DNA of 64,000 nucleotides from the IMG/VR virus record IMGVR_UViG_3300048597_000133, positions 33,523-97,522 of that record; one strand, given 5' to 3'. The notes beneath the pieces were generated by a model, which was not told the DNA's origin, did no database searches, and was given only the letters and a program-made list of their open reading frames with translations. The translations under genes were made by a program, and so were the position numbers. Each line of letters opens with the position of its first letter. Position 1 is the stretch's first letter. Shown here in pieces: positions 1 to 9,842 of the stretch. This stretch comes from a virus.

Positions 1-1692
1 TACTGCTTCGGCAGGGCTAAGGTCGCCGCCATTATTATCTGGGTCTCCATCTAAGTCATCTAAGTCAAAATCCATTAATAACTTAGAGCCCCGGATTTTC
101 TCTACGGCTAAAGCAACTTGGTGCGTGTCTATCAACCCATTAGTGTAAATGTAATGGGTATTGACTTCTTTATTTGGGTTACCAGGTCTAACAGCCCGTT
201 TAAGGCTCTGCAAAATAGATAGGCTAGACCAACCACAGCAGTAATAAATAACGTCTGAGGCTGCTGTCAAGTCAATTGATTGGGAAGCCAGGTTTAAGGA
301 AAAGACTCCAGCTTTAATATTGGGGTCGTATTGAAACTTGGTGCGCCTGTCTACTTGTTGTTCTTGACTAAGACTAGTGGGAGTAGCTAATGGGTCTGTA
401 GCATATAACCTAGTTATTGAGTCAGTCCCTAAGTACTCAGTAAGGTAGTCAGTGACTAGTCTGGCAGAGGCTACATAATGACAGAAAATCACTACTTTAC
501 CTACGGCCTGCTCAACTAACTTACGGACCTTAATGATTTTATTAGAGTCTTTGGCTCCGTTAGCTACTTGAATTAGAGGCACGATCAGGCGTAAAGTCTG
601 GGCGTTAGGTCCATTCTTATGGGTAGCTAACGTGAGTTGATGCCGGTGGGCGGTCAAATATGCCTTATGCAGTTCTAATTGGTCTGGGGTAGCTTCTACT
701 GGGTGCATATGGACAATAGAGTCCGGCACTGTAATACAAGACTTAACCTGTGGGTCGTCTACTCTCACACGATAAACATAGCGACGCATCAAATCGTAGT
801 ATTCCGGCGCCTTAGTAGTATCTAAGGCTTTTAACCACCGTTCAGGACCATTGAGTGTATTAGCCTGTCCTGTGTAATTGGTTCTGAGTTTTTGCTTAGT
901 GCTGAAGTGTTGGATGAAAACATTACGGTCCTTATACGGGAACTCACCTCTATATATGAGGTCCGCACATACCGTATAGATATGATTTATTTCTGTAAGG
1001 GTGCCAGTTAATCCTATGCGTCGTTTAGCACTACGCCCTACTAGAGATAATTGCTTGGTCCTGCTAGAGCCAGCTTGACAGTTATGAATCTCGTCTATAA
1101 CCAAACAGTTGGGTTTACAGTGGCGACGAATCCATCTGCTTACAGTGGCTCGCTTACCTGTATAAGCCCTACATCTATTTTTAGGGAAGTCGTGATTGTA
1201 TATTAATACTGGGGCTGTGGATTGTCGTAGCTGTTTATCGGTACGAATCACTTCGTACTCAATTGGGTGTGGGAGTAACTTATTAAGGCGGTCTAGGTCT
1301 TCTGTCCAACGACCGGCACTTAATAGATTAGGCACGGTAATCTGAATAGCCCCTCGGCGTCGGCCGACCATAGGATAATACACGGAGTATAAAGCCAACA
1401 GAGTTATAGTCGTTTTGCCTAAACCTAGTCCGTGGGTCAACACATGATTAGGTCTGGTACAGAGGATGGCAGCATCATTTACTTGATATGGTCGGAATTC
1501 TAGGTTTGTGTTCTGCTTGACTAACTCAGAATACAACTCATTTATACGTTGTCTGTGTTGACTATAAGAGTCTAGCTCTGTCAGAAGGTCTTCTTCTAAC
1601 AATTCGAAGTTTTCTAGCTGCACGTAATCAGTCAATACCACCTTATCTTCTGTGCTAGGAGGTGAATTACTTTGAGTATAGGTAAAGGACAC
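1..1692 (-). CDS. SNF2-family (SF2) helicase, runs off the window edge
   Basis: Not in the ORF track; hand translation from GTG at 1692 gives EFRPYQ...HGLGLGKT (Q-motif, Walker A), LVIDEIH (Walker B), GLTGT (motif III) and a helicase-C region LNLASQSIDLTAA...QSLKRAVRPG. Confidence 0.85.
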   Translation of the reverse strand, partial: MSFTYTQSNSPPSTEDKVVLTDYVQLENFELLEEDLLTELDSYSQHRQRINELYSELVKQNTNLEFRPYQVNDAAILCTRPNHVLTHGLGLGKTTITLLALYSVYYPMVGRRRGAIQITVPNLLSAGRWTEDLDRLNKLLPHPIEYEVIRTDKQLRQSTAPVLIYNHDFPKNRCRAYTGKRATVSRWIRRHCKPNCLVIDEIHNCQAGSSRTKQLSLVGRSAKRRIGLTGTLTEINHIYTVCADLIYRGEFPYKDRNVFIQHFSTKQKLRTNYTGQANTLNGPERWLKALDTTKAPEYYDLMRRYVYRVRVDDPQVKSCITVPDSIVHMHPVEATPDQLELHKAYLTAHRHQLTLATHKNGPNAQTLRLIVPLIQVANGAKDSNKIIKVRKLVEQAVGKVVIFCHYVASARLVTDYLTEYLGTDSITRLYATDPLATPTSLSQEQQVDRRTKFQYDPNIKAGVFSLNLASQSIDLTAASDVIYYCCGWSSLSILQSLKRAVRPGNPNKEVNTHYIYTNGLIDTHQVALAVEKIRGSKLLMDFDLDDLDGDPDNNGGDLSPAEAV

Positions 1693-1701
1693 GATAAGTA
1701 G

Positions 1702-2541
1702 TTATAGATATGGTTTTAGCATTAATAGGTCTTGGTGAAATGACCAAGAAGGACTACCAGGTAGGTAAGGGGTCAGCCATTGGTTACTGGTGACCACGTT
1801 GTTGCCTTTTTTGTATTTGGTGGTGGATTCTATGCGTGGCTCACATCTTGCGGGACGGGCTGGATTTAAGGTAAAAACCGTCGGATGTCTGCCTAATTTC
1901 AGGTCAGACCGCCGACGGCAATCATTCAAGCCCATTCCATCCAACACCTTGGGGTATAACAACCGTAAACCTCTAAAGGCTAACGATCCGCACACCAACA
2001 TTGGAACAGTAGATGGTAGTGTCTCTAACTCTAGCTTTAGCCACGACAAAACACAAGGCTTCACATGTGTATGCAATAAGGGCTTACGCGCCCCTGGGTC
2101 GCACTTTAAAACATTAGTAACCCAACAATCATCGTAAGTATTCAAACCATATATCTGATTTAGTTTGTACCTGATATAGCCGCCGGCATTGTACGGTCTC
2201 AACAACCCGCTTTTAAGTCGGTCACCGTTTTCCCCTCTACGGGTGTCCCAAAAAGGCTCACCATTAGCTGCTTCCCAATGTCCGCTAAAATCACTGATTA
2301 CTATCAGCTTCACGTCGTTGACATCATCAGGACCAGCTCCTGGCGCTACTAAACTCAATGGCTCTGTACGGCGTGAACCATCATTAGCCATATTGGCTTC
2401 AGTAGCCTTCTTGTTTCTGGCTTCACGTACCTTACCTAAAGGACAAATTGTACATTTAGTATCACAACGAATAATAGGGTGGTCTCCGGCTAAGTATCTA
2501 GTTGGAGGCTGATTTGGTAATTGAGGCTCTAGTGCTTGCAT
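1702..2541 (-). CDS. Uracil-DNA glycosylase superfamily protein (family 4-like, degenerate)
   Basis: N-terminal CxxC (CTICPL), E..GEPF, WVTNVLKCDP and downstream PC...L..E match the family-4 UDG layout; the GEAPG motif is altered. Confidence 0.7.
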   Translation of the reverse strand: MQALEPQLPNQPPTRYLAGDHPIIRCDTKCTICPLGKVREARNKKATEANMANDGSRRTEPLSLVAPGAGPDDVNDVKLIVISDFSGHWEAANGEPFWDTRRGENGDRLKSGLLRPYNAGGYIRYKLNQIYGLNTYDDCWVTNVLKCDPGARKPLLHTHVKPCVLSWLKLELETLPSTVPMLVCGSLAFRGLRLLYPKVLDGMGLNDCRRRSDLKLGRHPTVFTLNPARPARCEPRIESTTKYKKGNNVVTSNQWLTPYLPGSPSWSFHQDLLMLKPYL

Positions 2542-3454
2542 AATTCCTATTAAAGAAACTGGGGTCGTCAGTTTTGATAATCACCGCGTGGTGATGTCCT
2601 TTAGGTCTCCAAAGTTCCACCAACTCATTAATATTAGGAGCTTCTCCATTAGGGCTATTCCTCAAGGACCAGACGTTATTGCTACTCTTAAGCGCCACAA
2701 AGGGAGCCTTTGGGTACATATGATATAACTCTTTAGCAATGTCGCTGATAAGTGGACGCTCATTATTTCTGAGCATCACATATGGAATGTTATTTATACC
2801 AGCTACCTGACCAAGTTTATGCCTTTTGACTACTCTGCCTATAGACTGCTGGAAAGGTCCATTAATCTTCGCTCCTAGGGGGCACATATAATCTAAGAGC
2901 TCTTCTTTAGACATAGCTGCCAACTTTTCATATAGCTCAAAGGACCGTCCCGTTAAACCATAAGCAGCGTGGACTAGGATAGTCTGCTCTAATCTATTGA
3001 GCATAAGGTCCCGGTCACTAATATATTTAAGAAACTCGGGTACAGGCTCGTCAGGAAAATAATGTTGCCAGCAAGTAATAGCGGCAGACTGCTCAAAGTT
3101 GACTACTAGAGTAAGATTGGGATTATCTAATTCAGCGTCTAGTAAGTCTTTAGCCGCCAAATGGTGGTCAATCATAGTAACCTTGTGCCCTTGCTTAAGC
3201 CAACGCTTTAGGGTTTTAGCCGGGTAATGGTAGTCAACTATGTATATGTTTTTGGGGTTGTCGCCAAAGTATAGTTTATTGTTTTCATACTGGTGGCTAC
3301 GCCCAACCATTTTTATACTGGTTATGTTTTGTTGTCTTAGCCAACGGTCAACCACCCAAGCGGCGGCATAACCGTCTGGGCAGATTTGGCTGGTATTTAC
3401 CATGTGGTAAATGATGTAATTATTCGGCATCGTCGTTAATGACCTCCAGCACAA
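2498..3454 (-). CDS. DHH-family phosphoesterase (NrnB/oligoribonuclease-like)
   Basis: CPDG..AAW, IVD, IDHH, SAA, ISDRDL, WSLR and GH motifs; true start probably the internal Met of MPNNY. Confidence 0.85.
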   Translation of the reverse strand: MCWRSLTTMPNNYIIYHMVNTSQICPDGYAAAWVVDRWLRQQNITSIKMVGRSHQYENNKLYFGDNPKNIYIVDYHYPAKTLKRWLKQGHKVTMIDHHLAAKDLLDAELDNPNLTLVVNFEQSAAITCWQHYFPDEPVPEFLKYISDRDLMLNRLEQTILVHAAYGLTGRSFELYEKLAAMSKEELLDYMCPLGAKINGPFQQSIGRVVKRHKLGQVAGINNIPYVMLRNNERPLISDIAKELYHMYPKAPFVALKSSNNVWSLRNSPNGEAPNINELVELWRPKGHHHAVIIKTDDPSFFNRNYASTRASITKSASN

Positions 3455-3653
3455 TGCGCGGAGGCTCTCCTTGAATTGGTGATCTAGTTACATGGTCAAC
3501 TTTATAAATTGTAGGGGGTGTATCTGGGTCATCTAAGTGTTCATCTATTAATACTTGTCCCCGTCGAAGTACCCACTGGCGCCGGCGCCAACTCATAAAA
3601 TGCGGGTACTTCAACTTACTTTTGGGGTCTACCGCTTTGTTACGTCTTGACAT
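3420..3653 (-). CDS. hypothetical protein
   Basis: 77-aa ORF with AGGAG upstream, collinear in the operon. Confidence 0.6.
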   Translation of the reverse strand: MSRRNKAVDPKSKLKYPHFMSWRRRQWVLRRGQVLIDEHLDDPDTPPTIYKVDHVTRSPIQGEPPRIVLEVINDDAE

Positions 3654-3673
3654 ACGTCTCCTTGAAGTTAAGC

Positions 3674-5089
3674 TTAGTCTGCTATTTGGTCTAAAGATAC
3701 TTCAGTAGAACAACTAAGACATATGGAGAAGTCTTCAGAGTAGGGCACTGAATCTACAAACATAGTCCATAGCTCTTGCTCTTCTGAGTAAGACTGAGTC
3801 AGACACATTAAATGGTCGTTGTCTGTATTGTCTACTCCTCCGTTTAAATCATTATCAGTCCAAAGCATCAAGTCATCTGGGTCTTCTGGTAGCTCACTGC
3901 CCGCATCTTCATATAACTCATCCTCTGTTAACAGCTGACAAAATTTGTAGGTGGCTATAAGTGCACACATAAGATAGCTATGGTTGATGATTAAAGACCT
4001 CCAAGGGGTCTCTTCGCCTGTTAATTCGGCAAACAGAGCAAAGGACTTATCTTTCTCCATCAAGTCTGAAGACTTCGTTAATTCTAGATGGCTTTCAAGG
4101 CAGCGTAGTCTGACTCCTTCTGACTCGTTAGCCGAGCGCTTTTTCTGAATATTGGTTTTATGGATGAGTTGCTTGGCGGCGAATATCCGGCTACTCATAT
4201 TAGTCAGCGGCATGTTGTTATTAAGGATAACAGGAGCATATTCACTGACAGCTCGACTTAAATATGCTTCGGTGGTGGGCAACAATAGCCAATCTTTACC
4301 AGACCATACTTGGACGTGCTTTTGGTCAGAAGTGATTCTAAAATTAAGGTCCCCATTAACCTGTAAATTAAGTATTCTTACTAGATGTCTGGCCGGGACA
4401 CCAAAGCTTATCTTGTCTAATCCTTCGATGGTGCACTGGGCGTCTATACCTACTTTGATTAGGCTAATGCCGGTATCCGCGCCGCTATACTCAGAACCAA
4501 ATACCTGTAATTTGCCTAAATCTTTGTTGTAGTAAAACCAGACGGACCGGTGACTTGTGTCATTAGCGTATTTGCTAAAGGTATTTAATATGGCAACCCG
4601 CCTCCGAAATGGAATTAAGTCTGGGATGTTAATGCATCCAGAGAGCCAGTCTGTAAAAGCAGGAGGCCGGAACTCATCAAAACTTCCCGTATATATGGGA
4701 CTGGTAATGTGGTCTACCATTTCCGGGTCAGCACTGAGACTACAATCCGTAAGGCATTGAACCTCTATTTCATTACGTTTGGTGGCTCGTATCCTCATTG
4801 GATTACTAACCCATGGCTCTTCTTTTAATTGTTTAATATCAGAGCCGTCAATCAGGAACTGAGATTCGCCCACTATACCGGAGCTGGGGATTACCTTAGA
4901 CCCCCAAGTAGACCGCTTTAATAAGGCAGTCAGTCGACAATGAGACTCATCTATCTGGGCTAGTCTCATATAACGCAAGGCAGAGCCAGCGGGGCTGGCC
5001 TCTTCGTCTAAGTCCAGCAAAAATTTAACTGCCTGGACTAATTGAGCACCAGTGGCAAAGTCCAGGTAGTTCAGGTTATTATTTTTCAT
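3674..5089 (-). CDS. hypothetical protein in replication cluster (possible beta-clamp-like)
   Basis: 471-aa ORF with acidic C-terminal loop; the function is a guess from size and context. Confidence 0.5.
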   Translation of the reverse strand: MKNNNLNYLDFATGAQLVQAVKFLLDLDEEASPAGSALRYMRLAQIDESHCRLTALLKRSTWGSKVIPSSGIVGESQFLIDGSDIKQLKEEPWVSNPMRIRATKRNEIEVQCLTDCSLSADPEMVDHITSPIYTGSFDEFRPPAFTDWLSGCINIPDLIPFRRRVAILNTFSKYANDTSHRSVWFYYNKDLGKLQVFGSEYSGADTGISLIKVGIDAQCTIEGLDKISFGVPARHLVRILNLQVNGDLNFRITSDQKHVQVWSGKDWLLLPTTEAYLSRAVSEYAPVILNNNMPLTNMSSRIFAAKQLIHKTNIQKKRSANESEGVRLRCLESHLELTKSSDLMEKDKSFALFAELTGEETPWRSLIINHSYLMCALIATYKFCQLLTEDELYEDAGSELPEDPDDLMLWTDNDLNGGVDNTDNDHLMCLTQSYSEEQELWTMFVDSVPYSEDFSICLSCSTEVSLDQIAD

Positions 5090-5147
5090 TTGTTATAGGA
5101 ACGATTAGGGCGGGGCGGGCAGAGCCCCATTGATAATATCTGTTAGT

Positions 5148-5492
5148 CTACTTTTTAGTGAGCAGACCTTCAGCTTTATCTAACCAAACACCTAAAGAGA
5201 ATTCAGAGAGCACCGCTTGTTTTAGGTCTTCCCTCAGTTTGCTGTCTTCTAACTCTTCTGGCAGAATGGCGTCGTCTACAAAATTAAAAGCTTCTGCTAA
5301 CTGACCATCTAGTTTATCTAGAGTCTGTTGTAGATACTTATCTTTGACATATGAGTAGGATTTACGCCCTAGGCTAGCAGCTAGAGGTTCTACTACGGAC
5401 TTAGATGCAATGGTAAGAAAGAAGCCCAGGCCGACGCCTAAGACTAAATCAATAGCATGCGCGATGAAGTTAATCACAGCCAGTCTCTCCAA
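5148..5492 (-). CDS. putative holin / membrane protein
   Basis: N-terminal hydrophobic helix; overlaps the 3' end of the endolysin gene. Confidence 0.5.
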   Translation of the reverse strand: MERLAVINFIAHAIDLVLGVGLGFFLTIASKSVVEPLAASLGRKSYSYVKDKYLQQTLDKLDGQLAEAFNFVDDAILPEELEDSKLREDLKQAVLSEFSLGVWLDKAEGLLTKK

Positions 5493-6364
5493 AGTAAAGT
5501 AAAGTCAAATCGGGCAGCTCGGTTGGTTTTATACTGAGTCGAGCTTTTAACTAGTTTCATGAAGTTAAGAAACTGGTTAGGGTCGCGGATGACAACACAA
5601 CCAGCGCTCCAAGTACTTATGTACGAGTTAAAAGCGCCACGCCAACCAGTCGTTTTAGTAGTATGCAAGTTAATTCCATTCCAGTACTCAGTAGTGACGC
5701 GGTCATCCCTATAAAAGTTACGATTAGCGTCACGGACTAAGATGGCAGGACCTACTTGTTGTAAAGCTTCATAACCACGATGGCGACCAACAGTCCAGAT
5801 TTGTCGATGTTGTCCTAATTGAAGGCGGGCAGCCCCACCTCTATTTAAAGGATTAATGGTATAGTATCTGCCCGGCTCTGTAGTCCCAACGTAAAGACAA
5901 GACCATTTAGGTTGATTTAAAGCATCAAATTGCATGATACCGATTAGGTCATTCCAGCGGTCAGGCGCGTCATTGTTAGCTGTACCGTCTAGATTAAGAC
6001 CTTCTATGCCGATGATATTAATGGCGCCGGGGCGCTGGTCTAATATAAAACCCCGCTCGACACAACAACGGAATGCGCGGTCCACTATGGAGTTACTACT
6101 GGGTAGTTTAGGAGTCTTTAAAAGTTCAGCCAAAGACCCTGCACCAACCAACTCCGGAGACTTTTGGTGGATAGTATTCTTAAATGTATTCCAACCACCT
6201 TGAGTAAGAGGACCATAAAGTCCGTCAATGCGGTCTTTAGGGTACAACCCTCGATGAGATAGTAAGGTTTGCAGTTCTTTAAGTTCTGCAGAAGTGAGAG
6301 CTTTTACTGCTTTGGGGTCTCCTTTCGACATTAAGGCAGTAAGAGCCGGGTATAGATTGCTCAT
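5474..6364 (-). CDS. endolysin: peptidoglycan-binding domain plus catalytic domain
   Basis: PG_binding_1-like LQTLL..RGLY...IDGLYGPLT; C-terminal GINLH...WSAGC His/Cys catalytic signature. Confidence 0.8.
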   Translation of the reverse strand: MSNLYPALTALMSKGDPKAVKALTSAELKELQTLLSHRGLYPKDRIDGLYGPLTQGGWNTFKNTIHQKSPELVGAGSLAELLKTPKLPSSNSIVDRAFRCCVERGFILDQRPGAINIIGIEGLNLDGTANNDAPDRWNDLIGIMQFDALNQPKWSCLYVGTTEPGRYYTINPLNRGGAARLQLGQHRQIWTVGRHRGYEALQQVGPAILVRDANRNFYRDDRVTTEYWNGINLHTTKTTGWRGAFNSYISTWSAGCVVIRDPNQFLNFMKLVKSSTQYKTNRAARFDFTLLWRDWL

Positions 6365-6387
6365 AATGATGGCTAGGGCTTAGTAGC

Positions 6388-6732
6388 TTATACTTTCAAC
6401 CTAGTCAGAACACCTTCTAAAGCGGTAATCAGTTCCATATGGCGGTGGGCAGTGATTACCTTTAAAGACCCTTTCTCTTCTACTTCTGCGATATATGGGT
6501 ATCTAGAACTGGGGCGGCTAACGACGACAGTATAGTCTTTAGCCTTACTAGTTCTATCCTTTAAGGAGACCCATACTTCCTCGTCATCTACGTCTTTAAC
6601 TGTTACAGAAAAAGTCGTACCCAGAACTTTTCTAATGGTTCTACGGATACTACGTATTTGGTCCTGTGTCATAGTTTTGCTACTCAATAATCGACTTAGT
6701 GAGCCCAAACCGGGGCGATAGAATAAGAACAT
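6388..6732 (-). CDS. hypothetical protein
   Basis: ORF; start probably the internal MTQDQ. Confidence 0.5.
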   Translation of the reverse strand: MFLFYRPGLGSLSRLLSSKTMTQDQIRSIRRTIRKVLGTTFSVTVKDVDDEEVWVSLKDRTSKAKDYTVVVSRPSSRYPYIAEVEEKGSLKVITAHRHMELITALEGVLTRLKV

Positions 6733-9609
6733 GCTCCTTTAATCTCAGACCCTAAAGCCTCAAATTGTTCGGTTTGTACCTGTTCCATTATCTGTTTAAT
6801 AGACTCAGCTATCTCTAATGCTAGGACATCATGCTCGAAGACTAACTCTGTGTATAGCCCGTCGGCGCTCTTCTTGCTCTTGTCCCAGTCAATGGTAGAC
6901 TTACCTGGAGCGTAGATTAAGATTTCCAATCGGTGTTACGCCCTACCCGATTCCGATAGGGCTCCTTAGCTTTCACTAAGGGTCAGACTATATCATCAGC
7001 ATTATCATGCTGCAACCTGTTTCGAGGTCTCTTGACCCCTACTCCCTTGCGGGATAGTCGTTGGACGGTCAAAGAGTCCTACCTTGTAATACATACCATA
7101 CAGCTTATTCTTACAGATAAATGATTCTACAAAAGAGCCGAACGCGCTAGCGCCTTTAGTCCCTATATATAGATAGTTATAACTTTTACCACTTTTCTTG
7201 ACGTCTTTCCGCATTGCAGGTCTGAAACTTAGCAGTGATTCAAACTTATCTATCAGATGCAAAGTCTCTTCATCATTTAGCATGTTGCAGTAAAGGTGCA
7301 TAAAGTGTTTCTTTTTATGCCAACTACCGTCATCTAAGTACCAAATTATTAACTCGTTTATAGAGAGCCTATCTATAGCTTCTTTATAGGTTAAGTCAGC
7401 TAAGACATCAGCGTAGTAGAAAGGCGATGTCCTAAACGAATAAATAGGTTTATCTCCGTAAGAATCTGGATGTTGTTCACTCACTCGTAACCTATCTTCG
7501 TATCCAACATATTTAGCCTTCCATTTTATATAGTCGGCGTCCGTACCACTAAACGTTATTTGATGATGTCTACAGCTCTTTTGTTTAGATATACACCCAT
7601 CGCCTAATTTAGCTGTCAGATACAAGTTTATAGGAGTCATTTATAGTAGAGTAAGGTAAGGACTCTAAGCTTCGCTGCTGATTGCCCAATCTTATGTAAT
7701 TATAAGCTCTAAGGGGTTCCCAGCAATTAAGGTTGTTTACCCACGACAAAATCTATCGTGCACCTGTCCGATAAGCTGAACTCTGTTATCATTGAATATA
7801 GGGTGGTTATCAATCCACTTCTGTATCCTCAACATTGACTCCTTCGTTTGTGAGCAGCTGAGGCTTTGAATGGCACAATTAACAGCAGCGCGCACCGCAG
7901 AGTCGCCGTCCTTGCCGCCTGACCGCTCTTCGGACACCCACCTCCATCGTCCAGTCAAGGGCACAATACAAAACCCCCGTGCGGAGGCTAATGCCCCATA
8001 ACTTTCAGCCCATTCATAATACCCGGCATAGGTCTTACGATGATTAGCCACCCAGGACTCTGCTACATCCAACTTCACATGGTTTCGTTCACTGATTGAC
8101 TGACTAGTACTTAAGTACAACATCGCAAAATTGAGCGTCTTTGAGATGTCTCGTGGTTTACGCTTTTCTCCAGGCTGTACAACGCGAACAATAGCGTCCC
8201 ACTCTGACTCAGGCTTCCCTTCTATAAGATGAGGATGGGTGCAAGTGCACCCAGTTAATGTATGAAGGTCAGAGTAGGGGTCTGGGTATTCTGTCCCATC
8301 TGGTAACTTCTTTTTCTTGGGCAATAATTGAGCCTTAGTCATAGCAGGGTCTTTGCTTAATACCGTAGCTACGGCTATTTCTTGCAGTATTGTTATCATT
8401 GAGTTCTTTATCTCAACTTCTTATGGTTTACTATCCCATAAGCTCAGACTATATCATCTTCCTGTACATACAGGAAGGAGGGCGCTCGTGGCTGCATTAC
8501 TGTCTGTTCTAGACTCGGCAGCTAGTCGTTACACTTTCCTACTATCCCTAGTAGACTTAGCTCGGGATTATCCTTAAATACTCAGAGGACGTTCCCCGAA
8601 TTCACCCCCTTTGCTCCTAAACATTACTATTTAGGGGAGCCGGACTTACTACCTAGCAGAATATCTCTCTTTCTATGGAGAGCTGGCGCTGATAAATCAC
8701 TATACAAATAGCTTATAAACTTCCTTCTGTTATCAGATACGCCTGATACGTATGCTGCATGTACATTTTCTTTTATAAGTCTATACCAACAATTAACGCC
8801 TTGTGATTGCATATAATCAAGCGCTTGGTCTATAAAAGATTTACTGCCTGAAAATATGTAAGTTGATGTTTTATGAACTGTACCGTTCCCATCAAAGTAC
8901 CCTCGGATAAAATCCCAGGTGAAGTTAAAATTTAACTTAAGGGTAAGGCTTTTTCTCGGTGTAATACCTAAAGAGATAAGGAAGTCTACAACCATCACAT
9001 TAGAGAATCCTACGGCATATTCATATACGCCATATTTTTTATTCCAAGACCTGTTCACATTTACAGGTGCTTTTAAGAATTCAATATACTTCTCTAAGTG
9101 TTCTGGGTCTTTATTTGTACAAATACGTACGCAGCTGGCTTTGCCTTTAATGTCACTAACACAACCGTCGGATGCTATATAACCCAACCAGTACTGAGTT
9201 TCAGGATTGGTTAAATCAGCAAATGGATTATGGTGAACTTTTCGTAGTCTATCTCCTGTAGAGATTAGAGGTATGTTATTACGCAAAAGAATTCTCCTAA
9301 CGGAAGTATTGTTAGCTAAACCTGTTTCTTTAGCTATCTCTACTGTGTTTAATCCTTGTTTGTATAACGATACAACTAATTCTTCAGTTTCTTTAGAGCA
9401 ACGCTTAGGCATAATTTCTACTGTAGTTAGTGTTTTTGACTCGAGTAATCTAAAGATACTATACAGCTCCCAGAGCCATCACCGCAGGTAAAGCCATTAC
9501 GTGGGTTGCTGACAAAAGATACAACTTCTTCCTCAGTCTGTGGTTTGTCTAAGGCTACAGCAGTTTGGTTGGTGCCGGGCCTAGTAGTTATTCTTCGTTT
9601 TCGTTTCAT
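6696..9609 (-). CDS. polA: Family A DNA polymerase, C-terminal (palm/fingers) subunit; exons 9439-9609, 7755-8384, 6696-6926 (343 aa spliced)
   Basis: Joining the exons restores motif A (SLDYSS|QEIAV) and motif C (QVHD|EIL); motif B (RDISKTLNFAMLY) and AVNCAIQS lie in exon 2. Confidence 0.9.
6927..7754 (-). mobile_element. Group I intron in polA motif C
   Basis: Exon CACGAU pairs with intron GUCGUG (P1 with U.G); intron AGAUUU pairs with 3' exon (G)AAAUCU (P10); core elements AAUUGCUGGGAA, AAUCAGCAG, CAACGACUA, GAUAUAGUCUG; terminal G at 6927. Confidence 0.92.
7005..7640 (-). CDS. LAGLIDADG homing endonuclease (intron-encoded)
   Basis: LGDGCI and WYLDDG motifs; lies inside the intron. Confidence 0.85.
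   Translation of the reverse strand: MTPINLYLTAKLGDGCISKQKSCRHHQITFSGTDADYIKWKAKYVGYEDRLRVSEQHPDSYGDKPIYSFRTSPFYYADVLADLTYKEAIDRLSINELIIWYLDDGSWHKKKHFMHLYCNMLNDEETLHLIDKFESLLSFRPAMRKDVKKSGKSYNYLYIGTKGASAFGSFVESFICKNKLYGMYYKVGLFDRPTTIPQGSRGQETSKQVAA
8385..9438 (-). mobile_element. Group I intron in polA motif A, with the endonuclease ORF 5' of the ribozyme core
   Basis: Core at ~8385-8640: GAAUUCGGGGAA, AAUCCCGAG, UAACGACUA, GAUAUAGUCUG; 5' exon ends in U (AGU), intron ends in G; removal restores DYSSQE in frame. Confidence 0.88.
8627..9412 (-). CDS. LAGLIDADG homing endonuclease with N-terminal HTH (intron-encoded)
   Basis: YWLGYIASDG and FIRGYFDGNG motifs; N-terminal LYKQGL...EIAKE. Confidence 0.88.
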   Translation of the reverse strand: MPKRCSKETEELVVSLYKQGLNTVEIAKETGLANNTSVRRILLRNNIPLISTGDRLRKVHHNPFADLTNPETQYWLGYIASDGCVSDIKGKASCVRICTNKDPEHLEKYIEFLKAPVNVNRSWNKKYGVYEYAVGFSNVMVVDFLISLGITPRKSLTLKLNFNFTWDFIRGYFDGNGTVHKTSTYIFSGSKSFIDQALDYMQSQGVNCWYRLIKENVHAAYVSGVSDNRRKFISYLYSDLSAPALHRKRDILLGSKSGSPK

Positions 9610-9842
9610 GGGCGGTCACTTAGTTCCTTGAGCTTTTGTTTGCCTTTTTTGGTTAAGGTGAGCGGAGCTGACTGTTTAAGCAAATCTTTACCCTTGAGAG
9701 ATTTAAGGGCGTCGGCAATTTGCTGTTTAGTTAGCCCCCCGCAGTCTATAGGATAAGCAATAGGGTTGTGGTCTATAAAAGACTGCAACACCAATTGCTC
9801 ATCTTCTGTTAACTGCGGACCAAAGTTATTGGACTGGGTCAT
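9606..9842 (-). CDS. small hypothetical protein, possibly winged-helix
   Basis: ALKSLKGKDLL...LTLTKKG resembles a wHTH wing. Confidence 0.45.
   Translation of the reverse strand: MTQSNNFGPQLTEDEQLVLQSFIDHNPIAYPIDCGGLTKQQIADALKSLKGKDLLKQSAPLTLTKKGKQKLKELSDRP

Noticed and set aside
6696-9609. ORFs 6696-6929, 7737-8399 and 9427-9609 as independent small genes or pseudogene fragments
   Set aside because: They are exons that join in frame once the two group I introns are removed.
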